From: Planctomycetota bacterium
Lineage (GTDB): Bacteria; Planctomycetota; JAJSAM01; JAJVHW01
Direction: 5' to 3'
Assembly: GCA_965248445.1 (NCBI GenBank)
Contig: CBDFJG010000002.1
Location: 288,001-352,000, forward strand
DNA length: 64,000 nt
In this document: positions 40,401-49,075 of the stretch, piece by piece
How positions within the stretch are numbered: position 1 is the stretch's first letter
Layout of the letters: each line of letters opens with the position of its first letter
Program-made: the position numbers and the translations under genes
Notes under the pieces: generated by a model
The model's database searches: none
Told to the model about the DNA's origin: nothing
What the model saw: only the letters and a program-made list of their open reading frames with translations

Positions 40401-41301
40401 CATCGGCGCGCTGCTCGCGCGCCGTCTGGCGGCACCACTGCGCGCGCTCCGCGACGGAACGAGGAGGGTCGCCCACGGCGACCTCTCGGTCCCGGTGCCG
40501 CCGCGCGGAAGCGGCGAGATGACGCAGGTCATCGAGGCGTTCAACGGGATGATGAGCGACTTGGCGGAGAGCCGCGAGAAGCTGGTTCGTGCCGAGAAGG
40601 AAGCCGCGTGGCGAGACATGGCTCGCCAGGTCGCGCACGAGGTCAAGAACCCGCTCACTCCGATGCGTCTGGCCGCGGAGCACCTGCGGCGCGCCCACGA
40701 GGACAACCACCCCGAATTCGACAGCGTGCTGCGTCGCGCCGTGGACGTGATCATCCGGCAGACGGAGACGCTGCGCCGGATCGTGACGGACTTCCGAGAC
40801 TTCGCCCGCATGCCGGTGCAGCGCCGCGACCCGGTCGACCTCGGCGGCCTGGTGCGGGACGTCCTCGCGCTCTACCGGGACATGCCGAACGTCACGGTCC
40901 AGATCGATGTCGCGCGGGGCGTCCCGGCCGTGCTGGCCGATCCGGACGAGCTGCGGCGGGTCATCGTCAACATCGCGGGGAACTCCGTCGAGTCGTTCGA
41001 CGGCCGCGACGGCACCGTGACCGCCCGCGTCACGGCGGACGGCGAGCACGTCGTCGCGACGCTCGTCGACGACGGGCCGGGCATCCCGGACAAGATTCTC
41101 CCCCGTCTCTTCGAGCCCTCGTTCTCCACGAAGACCGGCGGCACGGGCCTCGGTCTCGCGATCTGCAAGCGCGCCGTCGAGGATCTCGGAGGGACGATTG
41201 CGATCGAGAGTGCGCGCGGGAGCGGCACGCGCGTCACGATTCGCATTCCGCGCGCGCCGACGCAGGGAGCCGTCACTCCGCCCCCGTCGACGCTCGGCTG
41301 A
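37420..41301 (+). CDS. Large multi-TM HAMP sensor histidine kinase (NtrY-like)
   Basis: AWRDMARQVAHEVKNPLTP, N box, DDGPGI, FEPSFSTKTGGTGLGL. Confidence 0.93.
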   Translation: MTSDGVRRASVVALLAAAGVLVLLVGLSEWRTAAERGRAGEGPVAVDVEAARTELANRLLALEEACADTAEEALERTAQRVEPVAIFEALHAVPLPAGAGAHVEDRLGRILAWAGTTLDDTVARAIPRDGDGGRLFDTPNGRRISVRRTRSSPVEEEPVIALCHMPVEQLFPQRTRFLTSFSLGDEIADGYRVGAVRILPPEAGVGIVLPSMFGGDLVSVDVEPLSPTAWRERVSQRADESRALLLLLLTLVLTLLAWWRAPAVAHRWSGSSHAGHLARGVVVVAARVALAFVSLRDVFPGGSMTSAGTFNASWPLGLGATPLDVLLTCLAALGVILALRGAAEAGRRRPLPAPVFIGIVVVAAIAARIVLGALISEVALTARVQVFVPEQILPGAAGAALFGGFVVAGSAAVILMESLWRHFAPDSLAGPQYRLLACVLGAALLSPVSYSDARFQWLLVVIGMLGFGAALAATAFGRGAAARAAAIPLGVAIGVFAPAQLGLLASAQADVEDLVQMRDEGGVDEETRIARLRVKSLLTELTESERLQAGLARRNTPPDLAATLWKHSRLAELHYGSSLSVGPLDPQAGHISPVGFSAGLPPTQWLPDPGAFPGNRELWVHEYNEGRGAGRGGRWVVGETPIAVDGTEVAYVRVILQVRPPSVQEVPRLASVEEMKTHPETARLPPMDLYDYEGKLEVIDNPRRPGGPRLDDEARADVLEEGRSLWRSDTVAGENIDVLIHPRRDESGNVIGAYAAAFEGSSGRRLVLNATKASLFGALLSLLALVVSAPWWARGAKLRFSYRLVISYALVAALPLLVLAWVNRELVRGREATARQDAVRELVSALAATLHADDVPERLARLQPGDLEVGSGATDALKSELYSPGYPQGLYLDASLGLVTDHGLLDTPVMPPRMDGKAYLEVNLLERPFHVSSVAAERDAVDVGFAPLRGPNGDVIGALSVPVIREAWRREKEEVDSITTVAGFYLFSLVTVMLIGALLARRLAAPLRALRDGTRRVAHGDLSVPVPPRGSGEMTQVIEAFNGMMSDLAESREKLVRAEKEAAWRDMARQVAHEVKNPLTPMRLAAEHLRRAHEDNHPEFDSVLRRAVDVIIRQTETLRRIVTDFRDFARMPVQRRDPVDLGGLVRDVLALYRDMPNVTVQIDVARGVPAVLADPDELRRVIVNIAGNSVESFDGRDGTVTARVTADGEHVVATLVDDGPGIPDKILPRLFEPSFSTKTGGTGLGLAICKRAVEDLGGTIAIESARGSGTRVTIRIPRAPTQGAVTPPPSTLG

Positions 41302-41515
41302 ATCCCGAAAGTCGGCCGACGATGAACGCACCATGCATGCACAGCGTCGAAGCGTCAGATTGACGTGACAGCGCGACGCGAACCGTGATTCCGTGTCGTG
41401 CGCATCGCGTGACCAACTCGCGCGGTTCACGCAATCTTGGTGCATCATGGACGCGGGAAAACCGTCCCGGGGGAGCGCTCCCCCAACCAATTCTATGCAG
41501 GGAGGCACTCGCACC

Positions 41516-41830
41516 ATGAAGAAGACGCTCTTCACTCTTATGCTGGTCGGCGCGCTCGCGACGTCGGCATGCCGCTCGGGTCCATCGCACCTCAGCTACT
41601 CGGTTGACGACTGGCGCAACCAGAACTACGTCGAGGATCCGGCGATGACGGGGCTGTTCACGGACGTCATCCCGTTCTATCCCGTCGTCACGCTGCTCGC
41701 CGGCATCCCCGATTGGCTCATTCTCAACCCGGTCCAGTTCTGGGGCGGCGACGTCTGGGAAGGCGCCGGAGCAGGCTTCTATCACGAGAATCCGGCCAGC
41801 GATCCGAAGACCCCCTGGTTCCACAGGTAG
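41516..41830 (+). CDS. Small lipoprotein (DUF3332-like)
   Basis: GGAGG RBS, lipobox TSAC, IPFY...DWLILNPVQFWGG. Confidence 0.7.
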   Translation: MKKTLFTLMLVGALATSACRSGPSHLSYSVDDWRNQNYVEDPAMTGLFTDVIPFYPVVTLLAGIPDWLILNPVQFWGGDVWEGAGAGFYHENPASDPKTPWFHR

Positions 41831-41888
41831 CGCTCACGTAGCGCAACCGGACCCCTGATCGAGCTCACAACCGGATCGAACTGTCACA

Positions 41889-41920
41889 GAACGGGCCGGC
41901 GCTCACGCGCCGGCCCGTTC
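41889..41920. terminator. GC-rich hairpin between convergent genes
   Basis: gaacgggccggcgc-tcac-gcgccggcccgttc, 14-bp perfect stem, no U tract. Confidence 0.65.
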
Positions 41921-41949
41921 GCGTTCAGCAACGCGCTCGCAACGCGCGG

Positions 41950-42987
41950 TCAGTCGTCCCTGCGCGGCAGGCTGGCCCCGACGTTGATCGGCACGTCCTT
42001 TCCGTCGCCGTGCAGCGTCCCGGTGATCGTCAGGCAGACTTGCTCGCCCTGTCCGCCGGCCGCTTCGATCGTGACCTTCCAATCGGTGCCGTCCCCCACG
42101 GACACGTAGCCGGAGTTGCCGACGCTGGAGATGTCCAGAGCCGAGACGGCCGGCGTCTGGATCTTGTTCGTGTCGATGCACTTCGAGAACGGGCCCGTGT
42201 CGAGGCCGCCCGGCACCTGCACCTGCACGGTCAAGATGACGTTCTTGTCCGTGACCTGGAGAATCCCGCACTGGTCGAGCGGGTCGTAGACGAACTCACC
42301 CAGGAACCGGCCCTTCGCACGGAACGGCTTCCCGTCGATCGTGCCGTCAACCGTGTTCCTCTTCTTCTTCACGGGCGGTAGCTCGATCTCGAGCGCGTCC
42401 GGACCGTCGAGCACAGCCGAACCGGCGCGCGCCTTGATCTCCACGACGGCGGGCGACTGCTTCACCTTCTTCGGCACGACGAACTGGATCATCGTGTCGG
42501 TCCAGACCTTCACCTTCGCCTTCTTGCCGCCGACGCAGACCTTCCCCTTCTTCCCGAAGCACACCCCAATGACCGTGACGAGATCCTTCGGGTTCGCGGG
42601 GTTCGGCGTGATCGACTCGTACGTCGGGACCTTGATCACGAGCCCGCACAGGATGACGAAGTCGGGCTGGCCAGGGCCGCTCACCGTGACGTCCCGCTTG
42701 CCCTCCAGCCCGCGCTTCAGCGTGCAGGAGATCAGGCCGAGTACGGCAGCGTGGACCTTGACCTTCGGCCGCTTGGGCTTCTTCGCACCGGTCTCGACGC
42801 TGGGCGTCAGGCGTACCTTGATCTTCTTTCGGTTGTCACCGAACTCGGGCGGCACCTCGACGTCGAACGTGTGACCGACCGCCACGGCGTTCGGCGTGAC
42901 GTCACCGACGTCGGCGCGAGCGATGCCCGGAAGTCCGATCCACGCGACTCCCAACGTGAGAACCAGAATCGACAACGATCGCAGCAC
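41950..42987 (-). CDS. Secreted Lys-rich protein with IPT/TIG domain
   Basis: Signal peptide; SITP......VTVIG..FG.KGKV.VGG..AKV..WTDT.I...VP. Confidence 0.7.
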   Translation of the reverse strand: MLRSLSILVLTLGVAWIGLPGIARADVGDVTPNAVAVGHTFDVEVPPEFGDNRKKIKVRLTPSVETGAKKPKRPKVKVHAAVLGLISCTLKRGLEGKRDVTVSGPGQPDFVILCGLVIKVPTYESITPNPANPKDLVTVIGVCFGKKGKVCVGGKKAKVKVWTDTMIQFVVPKKVKQSPAVVEIKARAGSAVLDGPDALEIELPPVKKKRNTVDGTIDGKPFRAKGRFLGEFVYDPLDQCGILQVTDKNVILTVQVQVPGGLDTGPFSKCIDTNKIQTPAVSALDISSVGNSGYVSVGDGTDWKVTIEAAGGQGEQVCLTITGTLHGDGKDVPINVGASLPRRDD

Positions 42988-43126
42988 GGTTGTCCCCTCT
43001 CCTTTGCAGCGGACGATCCCGAGCGGACCATCCCACCACGGTGGGAGGCGTCATCCACGACAACCCTGCCTCCGGCACCGCGCGGAGATGATGGCCTCCG
43101 GGCGCCGCGGGCGCCAGCGCGGTCCC

Positions 43127-44011
43127 CTAGAAGCCCAGGTCCGTCAGTTCCCGCAGCGTGTCGTCGACGAGCGGAGCGGGGAACGACGGATCGAGCGCCA
43201 GGACCCGCGGCCAGTCGGACCGAAGCTGGAAGCGCAGGTCCTTCCACCCAACTAGCCCGGCGTTCGGCGGCAATCGCCCGCCGAGCGGCGACCAGTCGCA
43301 CAGCGTGACTCCGCCGGTGCGCGGACCGAGCTGTTCGAGCCACTCTTCCTGGCGGCACACGCCGAGCGCGAACAGGTGCGCTGCGTGTCCGGCGTCGTGC
43401 CAGTAGCCGAGCGACTTGCCCCGGAACTCGTCGAGCAGGTGCCGCGCCTCTGCCGGATGCGGCAGACCGAGCGCGCTGGAGGACGTCTCGATCAACAGAT
43501 TCGTGTCCGGTCGCGCGGAGAGCAGCGCGTGCAGGCGCTCACACAGTGCGCCGAGCATGCGATCGCGCTCGGCCCGGTCTGCGTCGATCGCGGCGCGCAC
43601 TTCCGCGTGGAGAGTTGCCGTCTGGCCCTCTTGCAGCATCTGCTCGTGCCACCGCGCCTCGCGGCCAGGGTCGAGCGCCGGCACGCTGCCGGCACGGAGC
43701 ACGGCCACGCCACAGGACAACTGCGCCGCGGCGTCGATGGCTGCGAGGGAGTTGCGAACTGCGCGCTCTCCGACTTCGCCACGGAGCGAGGACAAGCCGG
43801 ACACGCTCCCCGGATCCGCGTCGTCACCGGGGCTCTGCGCGAAGACGCACGTCACGTGCGCCCGCGCCGCGCGCGCTACACCGGCGGCCGTCGCCACGTC
43901 GGCGGCGTCGAGTCTGCCGTCGAGCGCCACCGCACGGTGGCCGAGCCGTACCAACTCCTCCACAGCAGGCGCCTGACCGGCGCTGCGGCCTGCGTTCCAC
44001 AGCGTGGACAT
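43127..44011 (-). CDS. Xylose-isomerase-like TIM-barrel protein
   Basis: STLWN, L.IET, GYWHDAGHA, G.V.W; some metal ligands look degenerate. Confidence 0.75.
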   Translation of the reverse strand: MSTLWNAGRSAGQAPAVEELVRLGHRAVALDGRLDAADVATAAGVARAARAHVTCVFAQSPGDDADPGSVSGLSSLRGEVGERAVRNSLAAIDAAAQLSCGVAVLRAGSVPALDPGREARWHEQMLQEGQTATLHAEVRAAIDADRAERDRMLGALCERLHALLSARPDTNLLIETSSSALGLPHPAEARHLLDEFRGKSLGYWHDAGHAAHLFALGVCRQEEWLEQLGPRTGGVTLCDWSPLGGRLPPNAGLVGWKDLRFQLRSDWPRVLALDPSFPAPLVDDTLRELTDLGF

Positions 44012-44081
44012 GGCAATCATCCCGCCAGGCTACCCCTGTTCTGCAGCGTCGTCGGTCGGACCGCGTAACGTGCCGGGCCCC

Positions 44082-46316
44082 ATGGTCGCGTCCAAGTTGG
44101 TCTCCGTGTGCCTGCCGCTCCCTGTGCGGACGTCGTTCACGTACAGGGTCCCGGACCCGCTGCAAGAGGGTCTGAGCCGCGGCCGCAGAGTCCGAGTGCC
44201 GTTCGGTCCGCGGACCATGGACGGCTGGTGCATCGGGTTCCCCGACGAGGCCGAGGGTGCGCACGGGGACCGCGAGCTGAAGGCCGTCACCGAGATCCTC
44301 GACGACGGTCCACTGCTCGATGCCGGCATGATGGACGTGGCGCTCTGGATCTCCGAGACGTACGCGTGCTCGTGGGGCGAAGCCCTGACCGCGTGCGTGC
44401 CCGCGGGCGTGCGCAGCGGTGCGACGGAGGCGACCGTCCGGACGGCGACCCTGACGGTGAGTCTGGACGCCGCGGAGGCAGAGGCCGCCCGTCTGTCCGA
44501 GAAGCAGATCAAGCGCAGCCGCGTCCTGCGCTTGCTGATCGAGCATCCCGAGGGTCTCGCGGTGCGCGACCTGGCCCGCTCCGCGCAGTGCACGGAATCG
44601 CCGGTGCTCACACTCGTGAAACACGGCTTCGTCTCGATCCAGGAGAGACGCGTATCGCGGGATCCGTTCGCCGGGCGCGAACCGGAGCCGCCGGCGGACG
44701 TCGCGCCGAACGCGGAACAACTTCGCGCTCTCGAAGCGATCGGTGCATCCGTCGCGGCGGGCACCCACGAGGCGTTCCTGCTGCACGGCGTGACCGGCAG
44801 CGGCAAGACCGAGGTGTACCTGCGAGCGATCGACCAGGTCGTTTCGAACGGAAAGAAGGCGATTGTTCTCGTGCCGGAGATCGCGCTCACGCCGCAGACC
44901 GTCGCGCGGTTCCGAGGGTGGTTCGAGCGCGTCGCGGTGCTTCACAGCGCCCTGACCGATGCCGAACGCCGGAACCAGTGGCACCTCATCCGCGCAGGCG
45001 GAGCCGACGTCGTGATCGGTCCCCGGAGCGCGATCCTCGCTCCGCTACCCGACCTCGGGATCGTGGTCGTCGACGAAGAGCACGAGCCCTCGTTCAAGCA
45101 GCAGTCCGCGCCGCGCTACAACGCCCGTAGCGTGGCGCTCGAGCGGGGGCGGCGGGCGGGCTGTCCCGTGGTCCTCGGCTCGGCCACGCCGGCGCTCGAG
45201 ACGTACGCCGCTGCCGTGCAGGGTGAGTTGACCCTGTTGTCGCTCCCCCGCCGGGCCGGCCCCGGGCGGATGCCGATCGTGGACGTCGTCGACATGGCCC
45301 GCGAGCACCGCGACACCAAGCGGCGAAACCTCCTGTCCCGACGGCTCGTCGAGATCGTGCGCCGCGCTCTCAACCGCGACGAGCAGGCAATACTGCTGCT
45401 CAACCGACGCGGTTTTGCGACCAGCGTGTACTGCACGCGCTGCGGACACACGCTTGCCTGCGATCGCTGCAGCGTGATGCTCACGTTCCACCGCGTGAAC
45501 GGCACGGTGCTGTGCCACCCGTGCGGGCGCGAACACCGGATGCCCACCTCGTGCTCGGAGTGCCACATCCCTGGACTGTCACGGCTCGGCGCGGGCACCG
45601 AGCGGCTGGAGGACGCTGTTCACTTCGTGTTCCCCGGGGCGCGCATCGCACGGATGGACAGCGACGCGATGCACGACCGCGCCGCGTACGAGAACGTGCT
45701 CGGCCGCTTCCGCCGCCGCGAGGTCGACATCCTGCTCGGCACGCAGATGATCGCCAAGGGCCTCGACTTCCCGCGGGTGACGGCCGTCGGAGTCGTGTCG
45801 GCCGATACGTCACTCATGGTTCCTGATTTCCGCGCGGCGGAACGCACGTTCCAGCTCGTCTCACAGGTGGCCGGTCGCGCGGGCCGCGCGGATCGCCCCG
45901 GAACGGTAGTCGTGCAGACGGTGCAGCCGCGCCACGCAGCGCTCATGCGTGCGCGGGAGCACGACTACGAGGGCTTCGCACGCGACGAACTGACAGACAG
46001 AGCGCGCACCGGCTGGCCGCCTTCAACCCGGCTCGTGCGCGTGGTCGCTCAGGCGAAGGACGATGCTGCAGCCCGCCGGAGGGCGCAAGAGGTTGCCGAC
46101 GTGCTCCGCGACTCGCTTCCGCCGGGCAGCGCCGACGTCCTCGGTCCCGCCCGCTGCCCGATCGGACGTGTGCGCGGACGGCAGCGCTGGCACGTCGTCC
46201 TCCGCGCGGCGGACGAACCGGTGCAGCGGGCCGCCGTGCTCCGCCTGTCTCGCGTGACGGCGCGCGCGCGCGGTGCCGAGATCACGATCGACGTCGATCC
46301 CGTCGACCTCACCTAG
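44082..46316 (+). CDS. priA: Primosomal protein N'
   Basis: HGVTGSGKTEVY, VPEIALTPQ, DEEH, GSATP, four CxxC, GTQMIAKGLDFP, QVAGRAGR. Confidence 0.97.
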   Translation: MVASKLVSVCLPLPVRTSFTYRVPDPLQEGLSRGRRVRVPFGPRTMDGWCIGFPDEAEGAHGDRELKAVTEILDDGPLLDAGMMDVALWISETYACSWGEALTACVPAGVRSGATEATVRTATLTVSLDAAEAEAARLSEKQIKRSRVLRLLIEHPEGLAVRDLARSAQCTESPVLTLVKHGFVSIQERRVSRDPFAGREPEPPADVAPNAEQLRALEAIGASVAAGTHEAFLLHGVTGSGKTEVYLRAIDQVVSNGKKAIVLVPEIALTPQTVARFRGWFERVAVLHSALTDAERRNQWHLIRAGGADVVIGPRSAILAPLPDLGIVVVDEEHEPSFKQQSAPRYNARSVALERGRRAGCPVVLGSATPALETYAAAVQGELTLLSLPRRAGPGRMPIVDVVDMAREHRDTKRRNLLSRRLVEIVRRALNRDEQAILLLNRRGFATSVYCTRCGHTLACDRCSVMLTFHRVNGTVLCHPCGREHRMPTSCSECHIPGLSRLGAGTERLEDAVHFVFPGARIARMDSDAMHDRAAYENVLGRFRRREVDILLGTQMIAKGLDFPRVTAVGVVSADTSLMVPDFRAAERTFQLVSQVAGRAGRADRPGTVVVQTVQPRHAALMRAREHDYEGFARDELTDRARTGWPPSTRLVRVVAQAKDDAAARRRAQEVADVLRDSLPPGSADVLGPARCPIGRVRGRQRWHVVLRAADEPVQRAAVLRLSRVTARARGAEITIDVDPVDLT

Positions 46317-46355
46317 CCTGCAGCTCAGGCGCGGGAGTCTCGTGAACGATGCGGG

Positions 46356-46553
46356 CTACTCGAAGCTGATCACGCCGCCGAGCAGGGCGCCGCCGAGCAG
46401 GACCATCATGACGCCCGACAGGACCAGCGAGCCGACGATCATGGGCCGTTGAGCGGGATCCTGCACGCGTGGCCCGACGACGAAGCGACCCATCGCGGCG
46501 TCGAGGAGGCCGGCGACGATCAGCACGACACCGATGATCTGCGAAGTCTCCAC
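46356..46553 (-). CDS. Small two-TM membrane protein
   Basis: 65 aa, two hydrophobic helices, GAGAGGAGG RBS. Confidence 0.65.
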   Translation of the reverse strand: METSQIIGVVLIVAGLLDAAMGRFVVGPRVQDPAQRPMIVGSLVLSGVMMVLLGGALLGGVISFE

Positions 46554-46664
46554 GCACTTGCCTCCTCTCCCCTCGTCATCGACCGCGGGCTGCGGCCCAT
46601 GGAATGACGGATGCCGCTACACTCGCCCCGGTCGGGGGCGCGAGTACATCCGGGGCACACATCC

Positions 46665-48038
46665 ATGCAGTTCGTGATCACACTGCGCCGTTCGTGGCGC
46701 GCTGCGCACCCCCTCTCTTCCGCCGCCCTCCTGTCCGCCGCCGCCCTCCTCGCCCTTCCCGCAGCGGCCGTCGAAGCAGATGACGGCGTGGACATGCGCA
46801 TCCTCGGCACGCCGGCCGAGGTGCACTTCCGTGTCACGCTGCCCAAGCGCGGAGCGCGGTTCCAGGCGGCCAAGATCCGCGGGGCGGACGGCTGGGTCAT
46901 CGAGCTTGCCGCGCGCAGCGCCCGCTCCGACAGCGCGTGGCCCACGCCTGCCACGGATGGCAAGCGTGTGTTCGCCGGTGGCCCGCTCAACTCGTCCGAG
47001 ATGTTCGCCGTCGACTTCCTGACCGGACGGTTCAGCTGGCGCACGCGCATGAACGACAACGGACCGACACCGCCCGTCGTCCGCGACCGCCGCGTCTACG
47101 TGAACACGCAATCCTGCACGCTGTACGCATTCGACACGCGCAACGGGCACGAAGTCTGGTCGAACTTCCTCGCCAGCTCGCTCGAGTCGGTCCCGTCGCT
47201 CGCGGACGGCGCCGTCGTGACAGCGCGGCCGAAGCGCGCCAAGAACCCGACGCGCGACGAGAGCGAGATCCCCGCGCTGACTCTCGTGGCCCCGGAGACG
47301 GGCGAGGTCCTCGCCGATGTCGCGATCGACGCCGACGGCCGGGGGGCGCCTGTCGTGCGCGACGGCGCGGCGATCCTGACGACCAAGAGCGGCGCCGTCT
47401 ACTGCGTGGACCTGGCGGAGGGCCGGACCCGCTGGCGCAAGGAGATCGGAGCGCGCGGCATGCCGGCCGTCGACGATTCAGGCGTCTACGTCGCCGGGTC
47501 CAGCGCCGTGGCGTGCCTCGACCTCAGAACCGGCCGCGATCGTTACTCAGAGATGGCGTTCACGCCCAGCAGTCGCGACACGATGACGGTGAGGGACCCC
47601 GTGCGCGCGCCGACCGTCCGGGCGGAAGCCGCGAACACGATCGACGGCGGCGCGTTCTGGGGCGACGGGCTGCGTCCGACACTCGCCGACGACAAGTTGG
47701 TGCTCGCCGCCGCCAAGACGCTCCGCGTCTTCGACAAGCGAACCGGTCAGGATCTGGCGTGGTGGGAGCTGGACGTCGAGGGGGCGATCGTCGGCCAAGC
47801 TGCACTCGCCCGCGGAACGGTCGTCGTCGCCACGCGTCTGGGTGAGATCCGCGCCGTGGACCTGAAGCACGGCGAGGTCGCCTGGGCCGTCGATCTCGGC
47901 GCGCGACTCGCCGGCGGCGTCATCGTCCACGACAGCCGCGTCATCGCGACGACCACCGACGGCCGGCTGATCAGCGTGCACACGGGCGACCTCCGCGCCG
48001 ACGGCTGGCCCATGTGGGGAGGCAGCGCGGCGCGCTGA
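46665..48038 (+). CDS. PQQ-like beta-propeller repeat protein
   Basis: Signal peptide; repeated A.D..TG...W motifs; GWPMWGG. Confidence 0.82.
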   Translation: MQFVITLRRSWRAAHPLSSAALLSAAALLALPAAAVEADDGVDMRILGTPAEVHFRVTLPKRGARFQAAKIRGADGWVIELAARSARSDSAWPTPATDGKRVFAGGPLNSSEMFAVDFLTGRFSWRTRMNDNGPTPPVVRDRRVYVNTQSCTLYAFDTRNGHEVWSNFLASSLESVPSLADGAVVTARPKRAKNPTRDESEIPALTLVAPETGEVLADVAIDADGRGAPVVRDGAAILTTKSGAVYCVDLAEGRTRWRKEIGARGMPAVDDSGVYVAGSSAVACLDLRTGRDRYSEMAFTPSSRDTMTVRDPVRAPTVRAEAANTIDGGAFWGDGLRPTLADDKLVLAAAKTLRVFDKRTGQDLAWWELDVEGAIVGQAALARGTVVVATRLGEIRAVDLKHGEVAWAVDLGARLAGGVIVHDSRVIATTTDGRLISVHTGDLRADGWPMWGGSAAR

Positions 48039-48098
48039 TTTGTCTGGCTCGCCGGCTGACGCCGGCGACGCGATTGGGGCGATGCCAGTGCCCGCTGC

Positions 48099-49025
48099 TC
48101 ACCGTCGCTGTGCGTGTTCCTCGAGTTCCTTGAGGAAGGTGCGGAAGCTTGCGTAGCGGCTGTCGGCCACGTCGCCCGACTCCAGCGCTTCGCGCACAGA
48201 GCAACCCGGCTCGCTGATGTGCAGGCAGTCGTCGAACCGGCACGCCGCCGGTCCCGGGAACTCGGGGAAGTTCAGATCGAGGTCACGCGGCGCGATGCCG
48301 ACGAGCCCGAACTCCTTGATGCCCGGCGTGTCGATCACGTGCCCCGCGTCGTTGGGTATGCGTACGAGCTGCGCGGCGGTCGTGGTGTGCTTGCCCTTCC
48401 CGGAGTGACGGCTGATCTCGCCGGTGCGCAACTCGATGCCCGGAAGAACGCGGTTGATCAAGGACGACTTGCCGGTGCCCGACGGACCGGCGAACACGGA
48501 GCTGCGGGCGGACAGCAGAGCGGACAACGCATCGCAGCCATCTCCGGTCGACGCACACGTGTGCAGCACCTCGTACCCAAGGCGCTCGTACAGCGAGATG
48601 GTCTCTTTCGTCTCGGCGGAAGCCTCGAGGTCCGACTTGTTGAAGACCAGGACCGGCGGCACCTCGCCGGCGTGGCAGGCGACGAGCAAGCGGTCGATCA
48701 GACCGGAGCGGGGCGCAGGGTCGGCGTGGGAGAACACGAGCACGCTGCGATCGGCGTTCGCGACCAGCACCTGATTGCGCCAGCGGCCGACGACCTCGGG
48801 GCGGAGCAGCACGCTGCGCCGCTCGTCTACGCCGGCGATCACGTAATCGCCGGCGTCGGTCTCGTCCACCGCCGCCAGGTCCCCGACGGCAACCGGGCTC
48901 TTCAGGCGCCCCTTGCCGCGGTGGAACGTGCCCCTGATCTGCGCGTCCGTGACCCGGCCGTCCGGCAGTTCGACGACAACACGCTTTCGATCGACGCGGA
49001 GGACGAGGGCGCGCTGCATGCGCAC
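48099..49025 (-). CDS. rsgA: Ribosome small subunit-dependent GTPase A
   Basis: NKSD, GPSGTGKSS, GKHTT, DTPG, CRFDDCLHISEPGC. Confidence 0.96.
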   Translation of the reverse strand: MRMQRALVLRVDRKRVVVELPDGRVTDAQIRGTFHRGKGRLKSPVAVGDLAAVDETDAGDYVIAGVDERRSVLLRPEVVGRWRNQVLVANADRSVLVFSHADPAPRSGLIDRLLVACHAGEVPPVLVFNKSDLEASAETKETISLYERLGYEVLHTCASTGDGCDALSALLSARSSVFAGPSGTGKSSLINRVLPGIELRTGEISRHSGKGKHTTTAAQLVRIPNDAGHVIDTPGIKEFGLVGIAPRDLDLNFPEFPGPAACRFDDCLHISEPGCSVREALESGDVADSRYASFRTFLKELEEHAQRR

Positions 49026-49075
49026 TCAGTGTGTGCGCTGGCCTCGCGAGCGGTGACAAATGAGCCCGCGGAGGC

